Shown: piece by piece, positions 1-11,331 of the stretch
How positions within the stretch are numbered: the first letter of the stretch is position 1
How the letters are laid out: the number at the start of each line of letters is the position of its first letter
From: Vezdaea acicularis
Lineage: Eukaryota
NCBI GenBank assembly: GCA_026025075.1
Contig: JAPEUI010000061.1
Location: forward strand, 62,001 to 106,674
Direction of reading: 5' to 3'
DNA length: 44,674 bases
Translations under genes and position numbers: made by a program
Notes under the pieces: model-generated
What the model was told of the DNA's origin: nothing
The model's database searches: none
What the model saw: only the letters and a program-made list of their open reading frames with translations

Positions 1-2376
1 GCCAGCGTAAGCATTCGGTTAACGAATAACAGGGTACTACAGCATATTCATCATCTCAAGGACAAGAGGTAAGCCTTATACAAGGTGCTGCCTAGTAAAT
101 AAGACTGATTGGTCTAGCGTCGACTTGGCATGCAGGGCGCTGGACAGCCTGATGGTGAAGAGATTGTTCGAATCCGAAAATGATGATTGGATCGAGAAGG
201 TCTTCGTCACGCGTCTCTGGATGACTGTCAGTGCTACAGAGACATCAGGCAACACACAGTCCCTAGTAGCTCTGGTGAATGAACTATCGTCAAAACTTCA
301 AAAACCTTTAAGCGCTTCTGCAACTCATGCTTCACAAATCGTCAGGGACTTGAACCCCTCAAGAAGACCTGAAGCTAATACACTCCAGCTTTTATGGAAA
401 CTTATCGAACTCAACTACACTCAGGGGCAGTTTGCCGCAGCAGAGGCATGGTGCAAGCTAGCCCTGCATAAAGTGTTTGAGAACTCGGGAGAACTGAATG
501 CTGCAAAGATTTCAAGGTTAATTGACTCCTTTCGAGCCTCGCGAAGATTGAACTGACTCAACCTAGAAAGCTCATTCTTTGTTCCCTTTCCCGTGAGGAC
601 TTCGGATCAGCCAAAATTATCTTCAATCAGATGTCAGACTCCGGGAGGCAAGCTCCGATGACTAGATACCTCATGTTTAAAGCCTCTGTTCGTTCAGGTG
701 ACGAAGACACTGGTAGTATACTCCATTGATTTTAGACTTTAGCTCACGATGATCCCAGCAAGTGAATGTTTAGATGCTGTGTGTAAAGTGGTAACAAAAG
801 ACGCGACTCTGCTATATGCTTGCGTACTTGAAGCACAGAAGACTGGGAACAGGAGGCAAGCTACTGTAGCTTTGCAGAGGGTTCTCGCTAAATATGAATA
901 TGGGGCTCCAGATGGCGTGCATCTGCCTGCACTCTTACGGTCATCCTCCTAGTGTAACTTCATATTCAGTTGTCTGACTAATCTGAGAGGGTAGAGTAAC
1001 AGCCAGGCTGACCATTTCTGAACTAAAAGAATCCAAAGCCTCAAATTCAGAAGCCGTAGCTAGTATCTGCAAGCTTTTTGAAGGGGGTAGGTAGAGTTTA
1101 TTCAAGATGTTATCTGCAAGCTGACCTTATGATCTAGCTACAGTACAAGCAAAAACTTCGAGGAGAAACGATCCTGCTCAAATTGATCAACTTTTCAGCA
1201 TCGATGAGCTGGACTGGTTCTCTAGGACCAGCTACAACCTTGCTCTCGAATCATGTGCAGACTGGGAGGGTTCGATGGTCTTGAAGTTGCTACACAGCTG
1301 TATCGGAGTAAGATTGGTCACGCTATAGAAAAATTCGGCGCTTATCAGTCCAGTTTATCGATCTCTATCCAAGTGACATGCCCAAAGACACAATCCTCGA
1401 CCTATCCCTCCGGCGCATGTTCTGCGACTTCCTCGCTATATCGCTTCTAATAGCACTTGCTCGATCTGAGGATAACATTGAGAAGCAGTTACAGTATTAC
1501 CTGACGGGTCGTGCTCATGTAGAAGGTTTTAGGGCCAGAATACCGGATCAGCTCACAAGGCTTGGGCCTGGTAGCCGAGAAGACCTCTTGAAGAAACTTG
1601 GCGTAGTTCTGGCATTCGACTTCGAAGCTGCCGTACGCTTGAAGAGCTGGGACTCGCTAGAGCTCATCATTGAGGTACGGCTCCCCTTCTTTTGGAAGAT
1701 ACTCAAGTTAATCAGCCATTTAGGAATGCGCTGCAGCGAACGAACCACGTATTTACGAGACCTTAGCAGACATCATGCTTAGCTCCGGAGGACCATCAGC
1801 GACAGTCGTAATGACACTTCAAAATATTATCAATATGACCGCCCAGCACTACCCCCTGTCAATCGACAAGATTTCTCGCTGGATCCGCTGCTTGTTCCAG
1901 CTTGCTGTCGTGCAAGATACTCACATAGCTGAGCAGCTCCTCGATCAGGCTGCTCGAGTGGCTCATGATACCCGCTTAGTTTGTGAACCCTTTTTCATTC
2001 TTTCTCTCCTTCTTCATATCCTCCTCATTTGCTATTCACTTCTTCAATGTTCCCTACTAGCTTCGCTATGGATTTCACGGCTTCTTTGTGATTGTTCGGC
2101 TCTCTTCTCTTATATCGATGAATTTTGCCCTCAACCCACCCCTCTCTAACCCCCAACGCCCTTTCTTAGAATGCTACCCCTCCCTATCCCGAAGAAGAGC
2201 TGGAGTGGCTCAGTACCACAGCCTTCAACCGCGGCGTCGACTTCTATTGCGCATCCGACGACGAGTCATGCAGGCGATGGGCTGAGAAGGCGATTGGTGT
2301 CGCTGGCGAGATGTCCGAGAAAAGAGTTAGGGAGGTGCTCATGGACAAATTCCTCAGGATGAGTGGAGTTGAGTGA
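1..2376 (+). CDS. SPO22: Meiosis-specific TPR protein Spo22/Zip4 (multi-exon; 5' end lies outside the window)
   Basis: Helical TPR-like ORF segments (AEAWCKLALHKVFENSGELNAAKI; ISRWIRCLFQLA) are separated by GT-AG introns. The last exon 2170-2376 reads NATPPYPEEELEWLSTTAFNRGVDFYC...WAEKAI, typical of the fungal Spo22 C-terminus. Stop TGA at 2374-2376. Confidence 0.85.
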
Positions 2377-3380
2377 GTCAAAATGGACTAGAGATCGGTC
2401 AGCTTTTTCTTTACCCTATCCCTCGCAGAGTTTTCTCCCTCGATTCTAGATCATTCTGCTAGCCTCATTATTCACAACCATATTCACGGTCTTATTCGCG
2501 TATTTCTGATCCACAGGAATACGCATCTCTTGCGGCGAAGCTATGGGTTCTTGGGCGTGCACTTTCAGTGGGCTACTGTGGGTATAGTAATCGCTTTACC
2601 ACTGTCTATTTCCGGGATTTTCTCGATATAATGCTCCCTGGCAAATTTATGACGCTCAATTCACTCCTCAATTGTTCAATAGACGTGGGGCTATCCGCCG
2701 TAACCAGAAAGAGCCTTATTATGGGATATTTGTGGGGTGTTGCTCTACAGAGATGCCGCGTTTTGACTTGGTACTGATGGAGATCGCTTTGATCCACTCC
2801 CTATATTTCACGTCATCTGGCGAGAGGAGACCAAATAGCCGGCTTCTCAGCTCATGGACGAGGAGTATTCTTTGCAATTCGGAGGCACAGAATCAAATAC
2901 GCACAAAGAACCTCGCATACGGAACACACTCCACATACTCCCATTTCCGGAAGCCGATGGTCCCCTATCGGGATAAGCGCAGCCCTTCCGCTACCTACCA
3001 GGTCCGTAGTGAATAGAAAAGCCTTTTCCGTCGTATTCCGATAAGTGGGCTGGTAGAGGTGGAGCCGCTTGGGGCCGCCCACCCACAGCATAAGTCTTCT
3101 CAATGTCAGATTAGAATATTCACCGACCAGAATCCGGCGCAGACACTATCCAATTGTTGCGAGCCACAATTTGTACAGAAGAAGAGTAGTCTAAAGGTAT
3201 AGCGCCTACGATGCTGATCTAATATGCCAAGGTTCTATAGACGGGGGTCCGCATGTCCCCTAAATTTTCTGCTTCCATCGTGACAGAATCCCCCCTCAGA
3301 ATCCCAACACTAAGCTTCCACATACATCCGTCACCAAAATGCGTCAACCCAGCCCCTCCGGAGATTTCCCATCCAGGTGC

Positions 3381-4948
3381 CTAACCTGCAACCTTATGGA
3401 TGCTCTCCGCCAATCTCTCGACGTTCCCGGACGTGATGCCTGCCACGCTAATCCTGCCATCCTTCGTGGCGTAGACGCTGCACTCGGTCGCCAAGCGCTC
3501 CATCTGCTCCTTGGTCAGGCCGGTGTAGGCGAACATGCCAATCTGGGACGTGATGTGGCTCCAGTCGCGCGCGCTGCCGAGCTTCTCCAGGTTCTGCTTT
3601 AGCAGCGCACGCATCTTGATGATGCGCTCGGCCATGCCCTTGACTTCATCTAGCCATTGCGCGTTAAGCGCTGGGTCGTTCAGGATAGTCGAGGCGATCC
3701 GCGCGCCGTGGATCGGCGGGTTCGAGTAGAGGGGCCGCACGAGGATCTTGATCTGTGAGTCGAGGCGCTTCTTCTCGGCTGCGTCTGCGGCGACAATGGA
3801 GAAGGCGCCGACGCGCTCACCATAAAGTCCCTGGACGTAAATAGATTAGGAAGGGGGGCGCATATAGGGATGACTGCTGAGCATGCTGACGTACCATATT
3901 CTTGGCGAAGCTCTGGGCAAGGCATATTCCGTGACCTTCCTCAATAAAGTGCCGGACAGCGAAAGCGTCCTTGTCTGTGTTGCCTGAGGCAAAGCCTTGG
4001 TAGGCCATGTCGAAGAAAGGATAGTGGCTACCAGCCTTGACAGCGTTGCTGATTTCGCGCCATTGCTCCGGGGTTGGGTCTACACCCGTTGGATTGTGAG
4101 CGCATGCATGAAGTAGAATGATGCTATTCTTAGGGGCACTTTTGATATCTGCGATCATGCCATCGAAGTCGAGTCCAATTGTCTTCTGATCGTAGTAGCG
4201 ATACTTCTCCACGGTTAGGCCTGAGTCTTTGAAGACCGCTGCATGATTCGCCCAGCTGGGCGTTGGGATGTAGATTTTTTTCGCGCCAGGGTAGAAGCGC
4301 TCAAGGAAAGCACCGCCAATCCGTAGTGCGCCAGTCCCGGAGATCGTTTGCGTGATCGCTACGCGATCCTCTTTGATCGGAGCAGAGTCGGCACCATATG
4401 CCAGGACGGCGGCGGCCTTGGTGAAAGTCGGAACGCCTGTGATACCAGCATATTCTTTGTCGAGTGTCGAGTTCACAATCTTCGATTCGGCGGTCCGCAC
4501 AGAGGGGAGGACATATGGCTTTCCAGCGTCGTCGCGGTATGCTCCAACGCCTAAACAATCAGTCTTGGCGGATCACGGATCGGAAAGGGCGGCGCTTCAT
4601 ACCAAGGTTGATCTTCTCGGCAAAGGAGTCGGCTTTAAATGCTTCTGTGATACCTAGCAAGCAGATGTTAGCTTCATATGACAGAAACCAAGGCTCGATC
4701 ATTATACCTAAGATAGCCTTTAGGACAGCAGAGCGTTAACAGGAACAGATGGAGCACATGAACCTAAGACTTACATCCTAGACAATTCCATGTCAGCTTC
4801 TACTGAACCATACATGCACCGAGCCACTTACGGGAGGACCTTGGGGCACATTGGCCCAAGTCGAAGCTGCTCTTGCGGCAAGAAAGCCTTTCGTGGCTCC
4901 GCTCCTCGCGAAGCCTTGCCTGGCCAACAATCTCGTTGCGGGAATCAT
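3381..4948 (-). CDS. AAT1: Mitochondrial aspartate aminotransferase (class I PLP enzyme), multi-exon
   Basis: Motifs [29 protein letters not shown](GLY) with the PLP lysine, [11 protein letters not shown] and [11 protein letters not shown] at 4948 begins an Arg-rich, acid-free presequence [17 protein letters not shown]...[11 protein letters not shown]. Includes 3-nt and 10-nt exons. Confidence 0.96.
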
Positions 4949-5420
4949 GTTAAATACTCAATCCTAGAGGCGACGAGAGATACAGCGCTCAATTGTTGGA
5001 AGATAGAAGAGGAATGGGCTGAGATGAAAAAATGAGTGGATTTTGGTGGACGGCCAAAAAAGAAAGTCGGACTGAGCTATCGCGAGAAAAGTTGAAAGTC
5101 GCGCGCCGAGCCGACGCCCAGAAGAGAGCTCCCAGAAACCACCCGGAGTCACGGGACAAGCTCGCCATTAGAATAGGGGTGATCAGATTTATACACTCAG
5201 GACAACCCTCAAGCAGTTTTGATTCCGGCGGAACACAGACATCCTATTTACATGGTCACTGATTTTTCGAGAATCGGGCAACGTAGTTCACGATCATGAT
5301 TGGTCAATGAGGTAGAAGCAGATGACCGACGAGGAGAGTTATATAACTCTATAGATTACATGCCCCTAGAGCAATAGACATCCTTAGCTTCAATCTAATC
5401 TTACATCTATATACAGGGCT

Positions 5421-7012
5421 TTATATCCGATTGAGCACCTGTTTCAGAAGCCTCCCGAAGACGCCTCTCACCCTCTCCGGCTTCTCCTGGACGCACGTAA
5501 AGATAACGGCCATAGAAAGCGCAAAAGCCAATGTTTCTCGCCATTGATACTGTTGTGTTCATTAGGAAGGCTCGGCAGCAGAAGACCTCGAGTGACATAC
5601 CTTTTTGTCGTACTTCCTAGGAAAGAGCGTTGCAGCAGCCCTAGGTGCCACAAAGAAAGCAACTTCATGCCGTCTCTTTTCCATCTCGAGCATGATACTC
5701 CACCCGCACGTTGCGCAACCAGCACCTACATCCAAACCGCTATCCCACATTTGTGGAGTAATAGTCTTATGGCTGAAGAGTTTGGGCCCTATTCGAGTCC
5801 TGGATAAACAGACAGAGTAATAAAACAAGCTGACGAAGGCTCCCAAAAAAGCCGATGACCGTGTAGCATCAATCAATGCTTGCTTCAGGGAATTTTTTGA
5901 AGGAGATCGTAGTCGCATGAATAGATTCAAGGGCATGTACATAGCAAACGCAAACTTGAACGCCTGAGCGAAACGGCTTGCGGCGTGAAGCTCGCAGCTT
6001 GGACCCACACCCATGTGGACCATCTCGCATGGAATAGGGATAGTTTTAACAGGGTCCCCCCACTCAATTGGCCATCTATAGTCGTTGCACATAGCTTGTA
6101 ATAATGATGCCTGTCCGGTCTCTTTACCGTAGACGAATTCTCCCCGCCGTACCCTTCGTAACGCTTCAACAAGTCGGTCATCCACCTCAGCAGCTTCTCG
6201 TATCCAGGTATTATACGCGCGAGGCAAGCGTTGAGGAAAGTAGAACCATGCCCACATGACAGCGCCTGAGCTTAGCGCGAAAACGCCGGCATCAGCCGTA
6301 CTACCTACGAGCGCTTCGAGTTTTGTCCAGGCTTGGGTGGCTAGTCTTCTAGATTTTCTCCTTTGCCATAGCTCTCCTACAGCAACATCCAGGGCTCTGA
6401 GGCTTGCAAATAATGTGAGATCCATGGTTCTGCCTGCCATATGGGGCTGCTTGGCTTGTTCTATCTGTTCCGACGGAGCCTCGCCAAGCATGGTCGCCAG
6501 CCGTTGGGTGTCTCCTTTTTGGAAAGATTTGATAGGCCCGTATGGGCTTTCGCCATTCAAAAGTTGTAGGCTAAGCCATGCTGCAATGAATGTGGAGATA
6601 AAGGTCACTAGACCGTTTTCCTTTGATCTGAGACATATAGAGTAGAGATTGACGTGTGGATCTCGAAGACGCTTAATCAATATCGATATGAAGAGCTGTA
6701 GTACGGTCGTTCCGCCAACTAATGCTCCACAAAAAGCCGGAAACCGATTTAAAGCTAAGGCCCGACGAAGGACACGTGATACCTTGAACGAAAGATCAGC
6801 CTAATGCTAAATGAATAGGTCAGAAGGCTATGAAGAAAAGAATTTACTCTAGCTGATGTGTTTCCATCCCTCTGGCCCTTGCTTAGGCATGACAACAAGA
6901 TCGTACAGACCTTTGGGCTAATTGTTGTAACATACCCTAGTGCATATGCGCGAGCGAAAGGTTTGAAAATTGATAAGTAGGCTGTATCATGTTGGGATAT
7001 TACAGCTTTCAT
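5421..7012 (-). CDS. TMEM135-like integral membrane protein
   Basis: Motifs AGRTMDLTLF, VMWAWFYFPQRLPRAYNTWI, IPCEMVH, RSSAFLGAF and EKRRHEVAFFVAPRA, with several hydrophobic segments. The spliced last exon YQWRETLAF...VLNRI ends at 5421. Confidence 0.75.
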
Positions 7013-8114
7013 TGTAGAAATCCTAGCAATTCATTCTCGATGAACGCGTTGTATACTATCCGCATGCTTCACGCCCGATGTGATGTTGTTCCTCTCCAAT
7101 TACATATGGTGGTACCTCACATATGTGTAGCTCGTTCCAACCAGAAAGCCAACAATTCGTTGAGGGCAAGTCCAAAAGCTTGCGTACTTCCGTCCTTTCG
7201 GTGGCCAAGCTAAGTCCTAATGCTAAACACTGCCAGTCTTAGGAGCAGTCGCTGACACATGTAAGGGTTGTATGGCTGTAATATAGGAGGCTTTGAAAAC
7301 GACACCAAAGTGGGAGATGCTAAATCTGGAGGTCATTAGCTGTAAGGCAGTCGCTACCAAGACTAGTTGACCCAGAGATGGAGGTGATACGCAATTGCCG
7401 TACTAGCGCAACCAGAAGATCGTTGGGTCAGATGACGTGCGAAGTATGAAGACCAAGTTTTGGATTTACGTCTGTACAGTACGTGACGCGAAGTAGCTTT
7501 CCTCCTCAAGGCCCAGACATCAAGGTGCAGTGCGAGGCTGGTTTTGCATGTGATCGACGACTTGCGATGGCCGAATCCCGCGTAGCTAACGTTAGGTGAA
7601 AGAAACATGGTGGGGTGCTGCGCTTTCCCCAACTAAACTCGAATACTATCTCTCTCTTTTCAACTTAATACTATATAGTAACGACGTCTTCCCACGGCAA
7701 CAACTTTAGCAAGTCTTCCGGAATGTCATAGCTCATGGTTAGGAAAGGCCCACTCTCGGTCGTAGTCAAGTGGCGGAGCAACACCACCGAGCAACACCGC
7801 GACCTTAGATAGCGGGATCTCAACAGGCCCACTTAGTGAGCCAAACAAGTTCATCTAGAACCCATAAACAACCATCAACTTCGTGGAAATCTCTGACATG
7901 CTTCGCGAGTCCAGCACTTCATTCTTAGCCAATCGCCCAACGCTGACGAGTCATTCCGTCTTCGCGCCTTTCTTCATACTCGCTTTTGGGACGCTTAAAA
8001 TACACGACCTTTTGAATTCTCGAGGTGGATCATGCCGGTGATGAGAGCTATCACATATAAGCGCACCAAGCTCATATACCAAAGATTAGAACACCAAAGG
8101 CAGCGTTTGATGCT

Positions 8115-9521
8115 ATGTCGTCGCCACACACCCTCTCAAAGTCAAGCGCGAATGCGAACGGGCCCCCAACCGCAAATTCAAACTCGAATGCAGCACCATT
8201 TGGCTACAACATCAACTTCGACAAATATGAACAACCCGATCCCGCTGCCCCAGAGCCCACAGGCCCGTCGCTTCTCAACACTACGGAGACTGAGTTCCTG
8301 GAACAGTTCGTCGATCAAGTTGGATCAAACAATTGGGAAGGCTCGAACTTCTTCATGGAAAAACCGCCGCAGACGAACGGCGATGGAGGAGGGATATTCG
8401 GACTAGGAGCTGAAATACCACCAGACATCCTCGGTTTCTCCTCCTCAATCCCACATGAGCCGATTGGCATATTCCCTGGTCAGAGGAATGAGACGTTCGG
8501 CAGTTTTCCCTTTACAAGTGAGGAAGATATCTTAGCAGCTACAGCGCTGATGCAGAATGGCCATGGGCATGTCTCACGAAGCTCTGCAGGGTCTGGAAAT
8601 ACACAAGTACAGTTCGAAAGTACCAACTCATTAGGAAATGTCTCCTCAGACGATCATCCTCCATTCTACCCACCCTTCAATGAAACCCCTCAAATCAGTT
8701 TTCAAGACATGCATCCTCCACCTCCTAAGCCGTTGTATGGACACTCGATGCCAGAGTATGCTCAAAACATGGCTTTTAGCCCTTTCCCCGCTCAGCCAAT
8801 CAATTACCGGAGGAATGTTATAGAATTACAATATGGCTCTGACTCGGGTTTCGTGGGAAACGGTTATGTACCGCCGCCAGGACAGGAGACTATCCGCGAT
8901 GTTGAACAGAAAAAGATGCAGGATATGGAATGTTTAGAACCACAAAGTAGTGCAAACAATACTCGTCCGCCAAGTCCACACCTACTCCTGAAACGACAGC
9001 CTCCGATTAAGGAGAACGGCACAAGGGCGTTCAAAAAGAGCGAGCAATTGGCGATATACGACAGCCCAGAACCTAGACCTAAGAAGCGACGGAAAAGTAG
9101 AGCGAGGGGGGAGGAGGAGGCCGACGAGGCAGAGGATGATGACGAGCTTGAGAGCCCAAGGAAGGCAAAGGGACGAAAGCTGAAAGCCGCTAATCAAGAT
9201 CTGGGAGATCTTCCGGAAGAAACCCTTCCAGAAGTTTCTACAGATAACAATCGAAGATCAATATCAGGGGGGCCTCGAGAGAATCTTTCAGAGGCACAGA
9301 AGCGGAACAATCACATAATCTCAGAACAAAAACGTCGAACCTTGATCAAGGTAGGCTTTGAGGATATGTGCAACATTGTTCCAGATCTTCGTGTAGGGGG
9401 CTACAGCAAGAGTGCCATGTTATCTCAAGCGGCTGACTGGCTGGAAGACATGCTGCGGGGGAACGAGGAGCTCAAAAGCATGATTACTACACTAAGTGGG
9501 GACAACAATAGCTACAGTTAG
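8115..9521 (+). CDS. bHLH transcription factor of the Ino2/Ino4 (Yas2-like) family
   Basis: C-terminal bHLH RENLSEAQKRNNHIISEQKRRTLIKVGFEDMCNIVPDL...SKSAMLSQAADWL, an NLS-like PKKRRK, and a long acidic/Pro-rich N-terminus. Confidence 0.85.
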   Translation: MSSPHTLSKSSANANGPPTANSNSNAAPFGYNINFDKYEQPDPAAPEPTGPSLLNTTETEFLEQFVDQVGSNNWEGSNFFMEKPPQTNGDGGGIFGLGAEIPPDILGFSSSIPHEPIGIFPGQRNETFGSFPFTSEEDILAATALMQNGHGHVSRSSAGSGNTQVQFESTNSLGNVSSDDHPPFYPPFNETPQISFQDMHPPPPKPLYGHSMPEYAQNMAFSPFPAQPINYRRNVIELQYGSDSGFVGNGYVPPPGQETIRDVEQKKMQDMECLEPQSSANNTRPPSPHLLLKRQPPIKENGTRAFKKSEQLAIYDSPEPRPKKRRKSRARGEEEADEAEDDDELESPRKAKGRKLKAANQDLGDLPEETLPEVSTDNNRRSISGGPRENLSEAQKRNNHIISEQKRRTLIKVGFEDMCNIVPDLRVGGYSKSAMLSQAADWLEDMLRGNEELKSMITTLSGDNNSYS

Positions 9522-9919
9522 TTTGCCAGACTTTGGTGGCGACTGATCTGTATATGTGTTCGCGGCGTTTCGGTAGGGTTTGGCAGAATATGGCGAAGTG
9601 AGAAGGCCCCTTTCTGGCGTATGTGGGGCAACAAGGTTTATTAGATAGGAGACAATCGGAGCAATCCGGGAGTAAGCACAATCACGTTATACACAACAAA
9701 AGGGCTGAAGATAACTAAACATGGCAAATTAATATGGTGAACGATCTTGATTGTGAGGTGTCGCCTTCAACGCTTCGGCCTACATTTTAGGGGGTCGTGC
9801 TAGAGGGGTGTTCGGCTTTTCTGGCGGAGCTTTCGCTTCGCTTAAGTTTGAAGATTGTCATGAATCCTGGACGACATATCTGCACCCCAACATAGATCTC
9901 CTTTCCTAGCGGCCGGACG

Positions 9920-10854
9920 ATGTACAAGTCCTTTCAATCGACAAGGCCCTGGGTCTGCTCATCATGTGTCAAATCAAGTCGATTCAGAATCCCGGAATAT
10001 GCGCGTCGAGGGATCATGACCACTCCGAAAACCCGACAGAATATCGCACCTAGCATGGAGCAACTCCGCGCCCCCTTCAAGAAGCAGAACAGTTCGACAT
10101 TGTGAGCAGCTTACGGCCCTTAGGGCAACAAGCATCTATAGCATGAATACTTATACATAAGGACATTCATAGATACTACGTCCTTAGCATCATCATGGGT
10201 ACTGTAGCTTTATCGTATGGGTCTGTACCCATGTACAAAATGGTACTTGTCCACCTCGCCCCTCCAGACCCCTCATATCATATCCAAATTCCAGAACAAT
10301 CGCCCCCAGCTTGCAAATCCCGCCGCTAATCACCAATTGTTCCATAGATCTGCCAAACAACCGGCTGGGGTGGCCAACCCGTCCGCGCCCCATCCCACGG
10401 GTCGAGCAGCGCCTCCCTCGACCCCGCCTCCCACCTCACCCCCGTCGAATCCGCCAAACGCCTTCGTGTCTCCTTCAACGGCTCGGTATCTGCGACTCTC
10501 CCCTGGAGCTTCACGCCGCAACAGCGCGAAGTGCGCGTCCTGCCCGGCGAGACCGCCTTGGCCTTCTACACGGCCACGAACAACAGCGCCGAAGACATCA
10601 TTGGTGTCGCCACATACTCCGTGACGCCGGGCCAGGTGGCGCCCTACTTCGCCAAGATCCAGTGCTTCTGCTTCGAGGAGCAGCGGTTGAAAGCTGGAGA
10701 AAGCGTAGACATGCCCGTCTTCTTCTACGTGGATCCTGAGTTTGCGGCAGATCCACAAATGAGGGGCATTGAGTCCCTGGTGCTGAGTTATACATTCTTC
10801 AGAGCCCGGTATGATCGGCAGGGGAACCTGAACGTCAAGCCGGGAGCTGGGTAA
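9920..10854 (+). CDS. COX11: Cytochrome c oxidase assembly copper chaperone Cox11 (3 exons)
   Basis: The spliced product gives SYGSVPMYKM/ICQTTGWGGQP, GETALAFY and KIQCFCFEEQRL (CFCF copper motif), plus an N-terminal presequence. Confidence 0.96.
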
Positions 10855-11331
10855 GAGGGTGGGTGAGGCGTATGGGTTTGAGTGAGAGACTCGGGTGGAA
10901 TCTGGCCTAACTGACAGGAAAGCTTTTGTACATATGATGGAAACTTGCATAACAAGCCTGAGGTTTCGCTGTGGCTGCAGCCCTTATAGAATGGGACACT
11001 TCACGCGGCTCTGTATAGAAAATGGGAATGGGCTCAGGACGTGGCGTACCGTGGATCTCGCATCACTACGGCGTCGGTTGCAGCACTTGTTGAATACCAT
11101 AATGGACTTGGGATTGAAGACAATACAGTTCAATTGAACATCCAAGTACCGGCCCTGTTATGCAATGCCGCTCGTGTAGAAGGGTATCGAAAGGAGTGTT
11201 TCTAGAGCCGTAAATGCTAACAGATAGTCCACCTTCGCCTCGCGGCTATGCAGTCTCCGGACCCTTTAAAATGAAAATGCAGCTAATATATCCAGACGCC
11301 ACGCTATTCTCAATGCAATGGTATGTAGTGC

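Noticed and set aside
2400..3340. Short ORFs and hairpin-forming segments (about 2948-3085) between SPO22 and AspAT; considered as snoRNA, SRP/MRP RNA or pseudogene
   Set aside because: No diagnostic box or conserved motif and no coherent reading frame; most likely convergent UTR/intergenic sequence.
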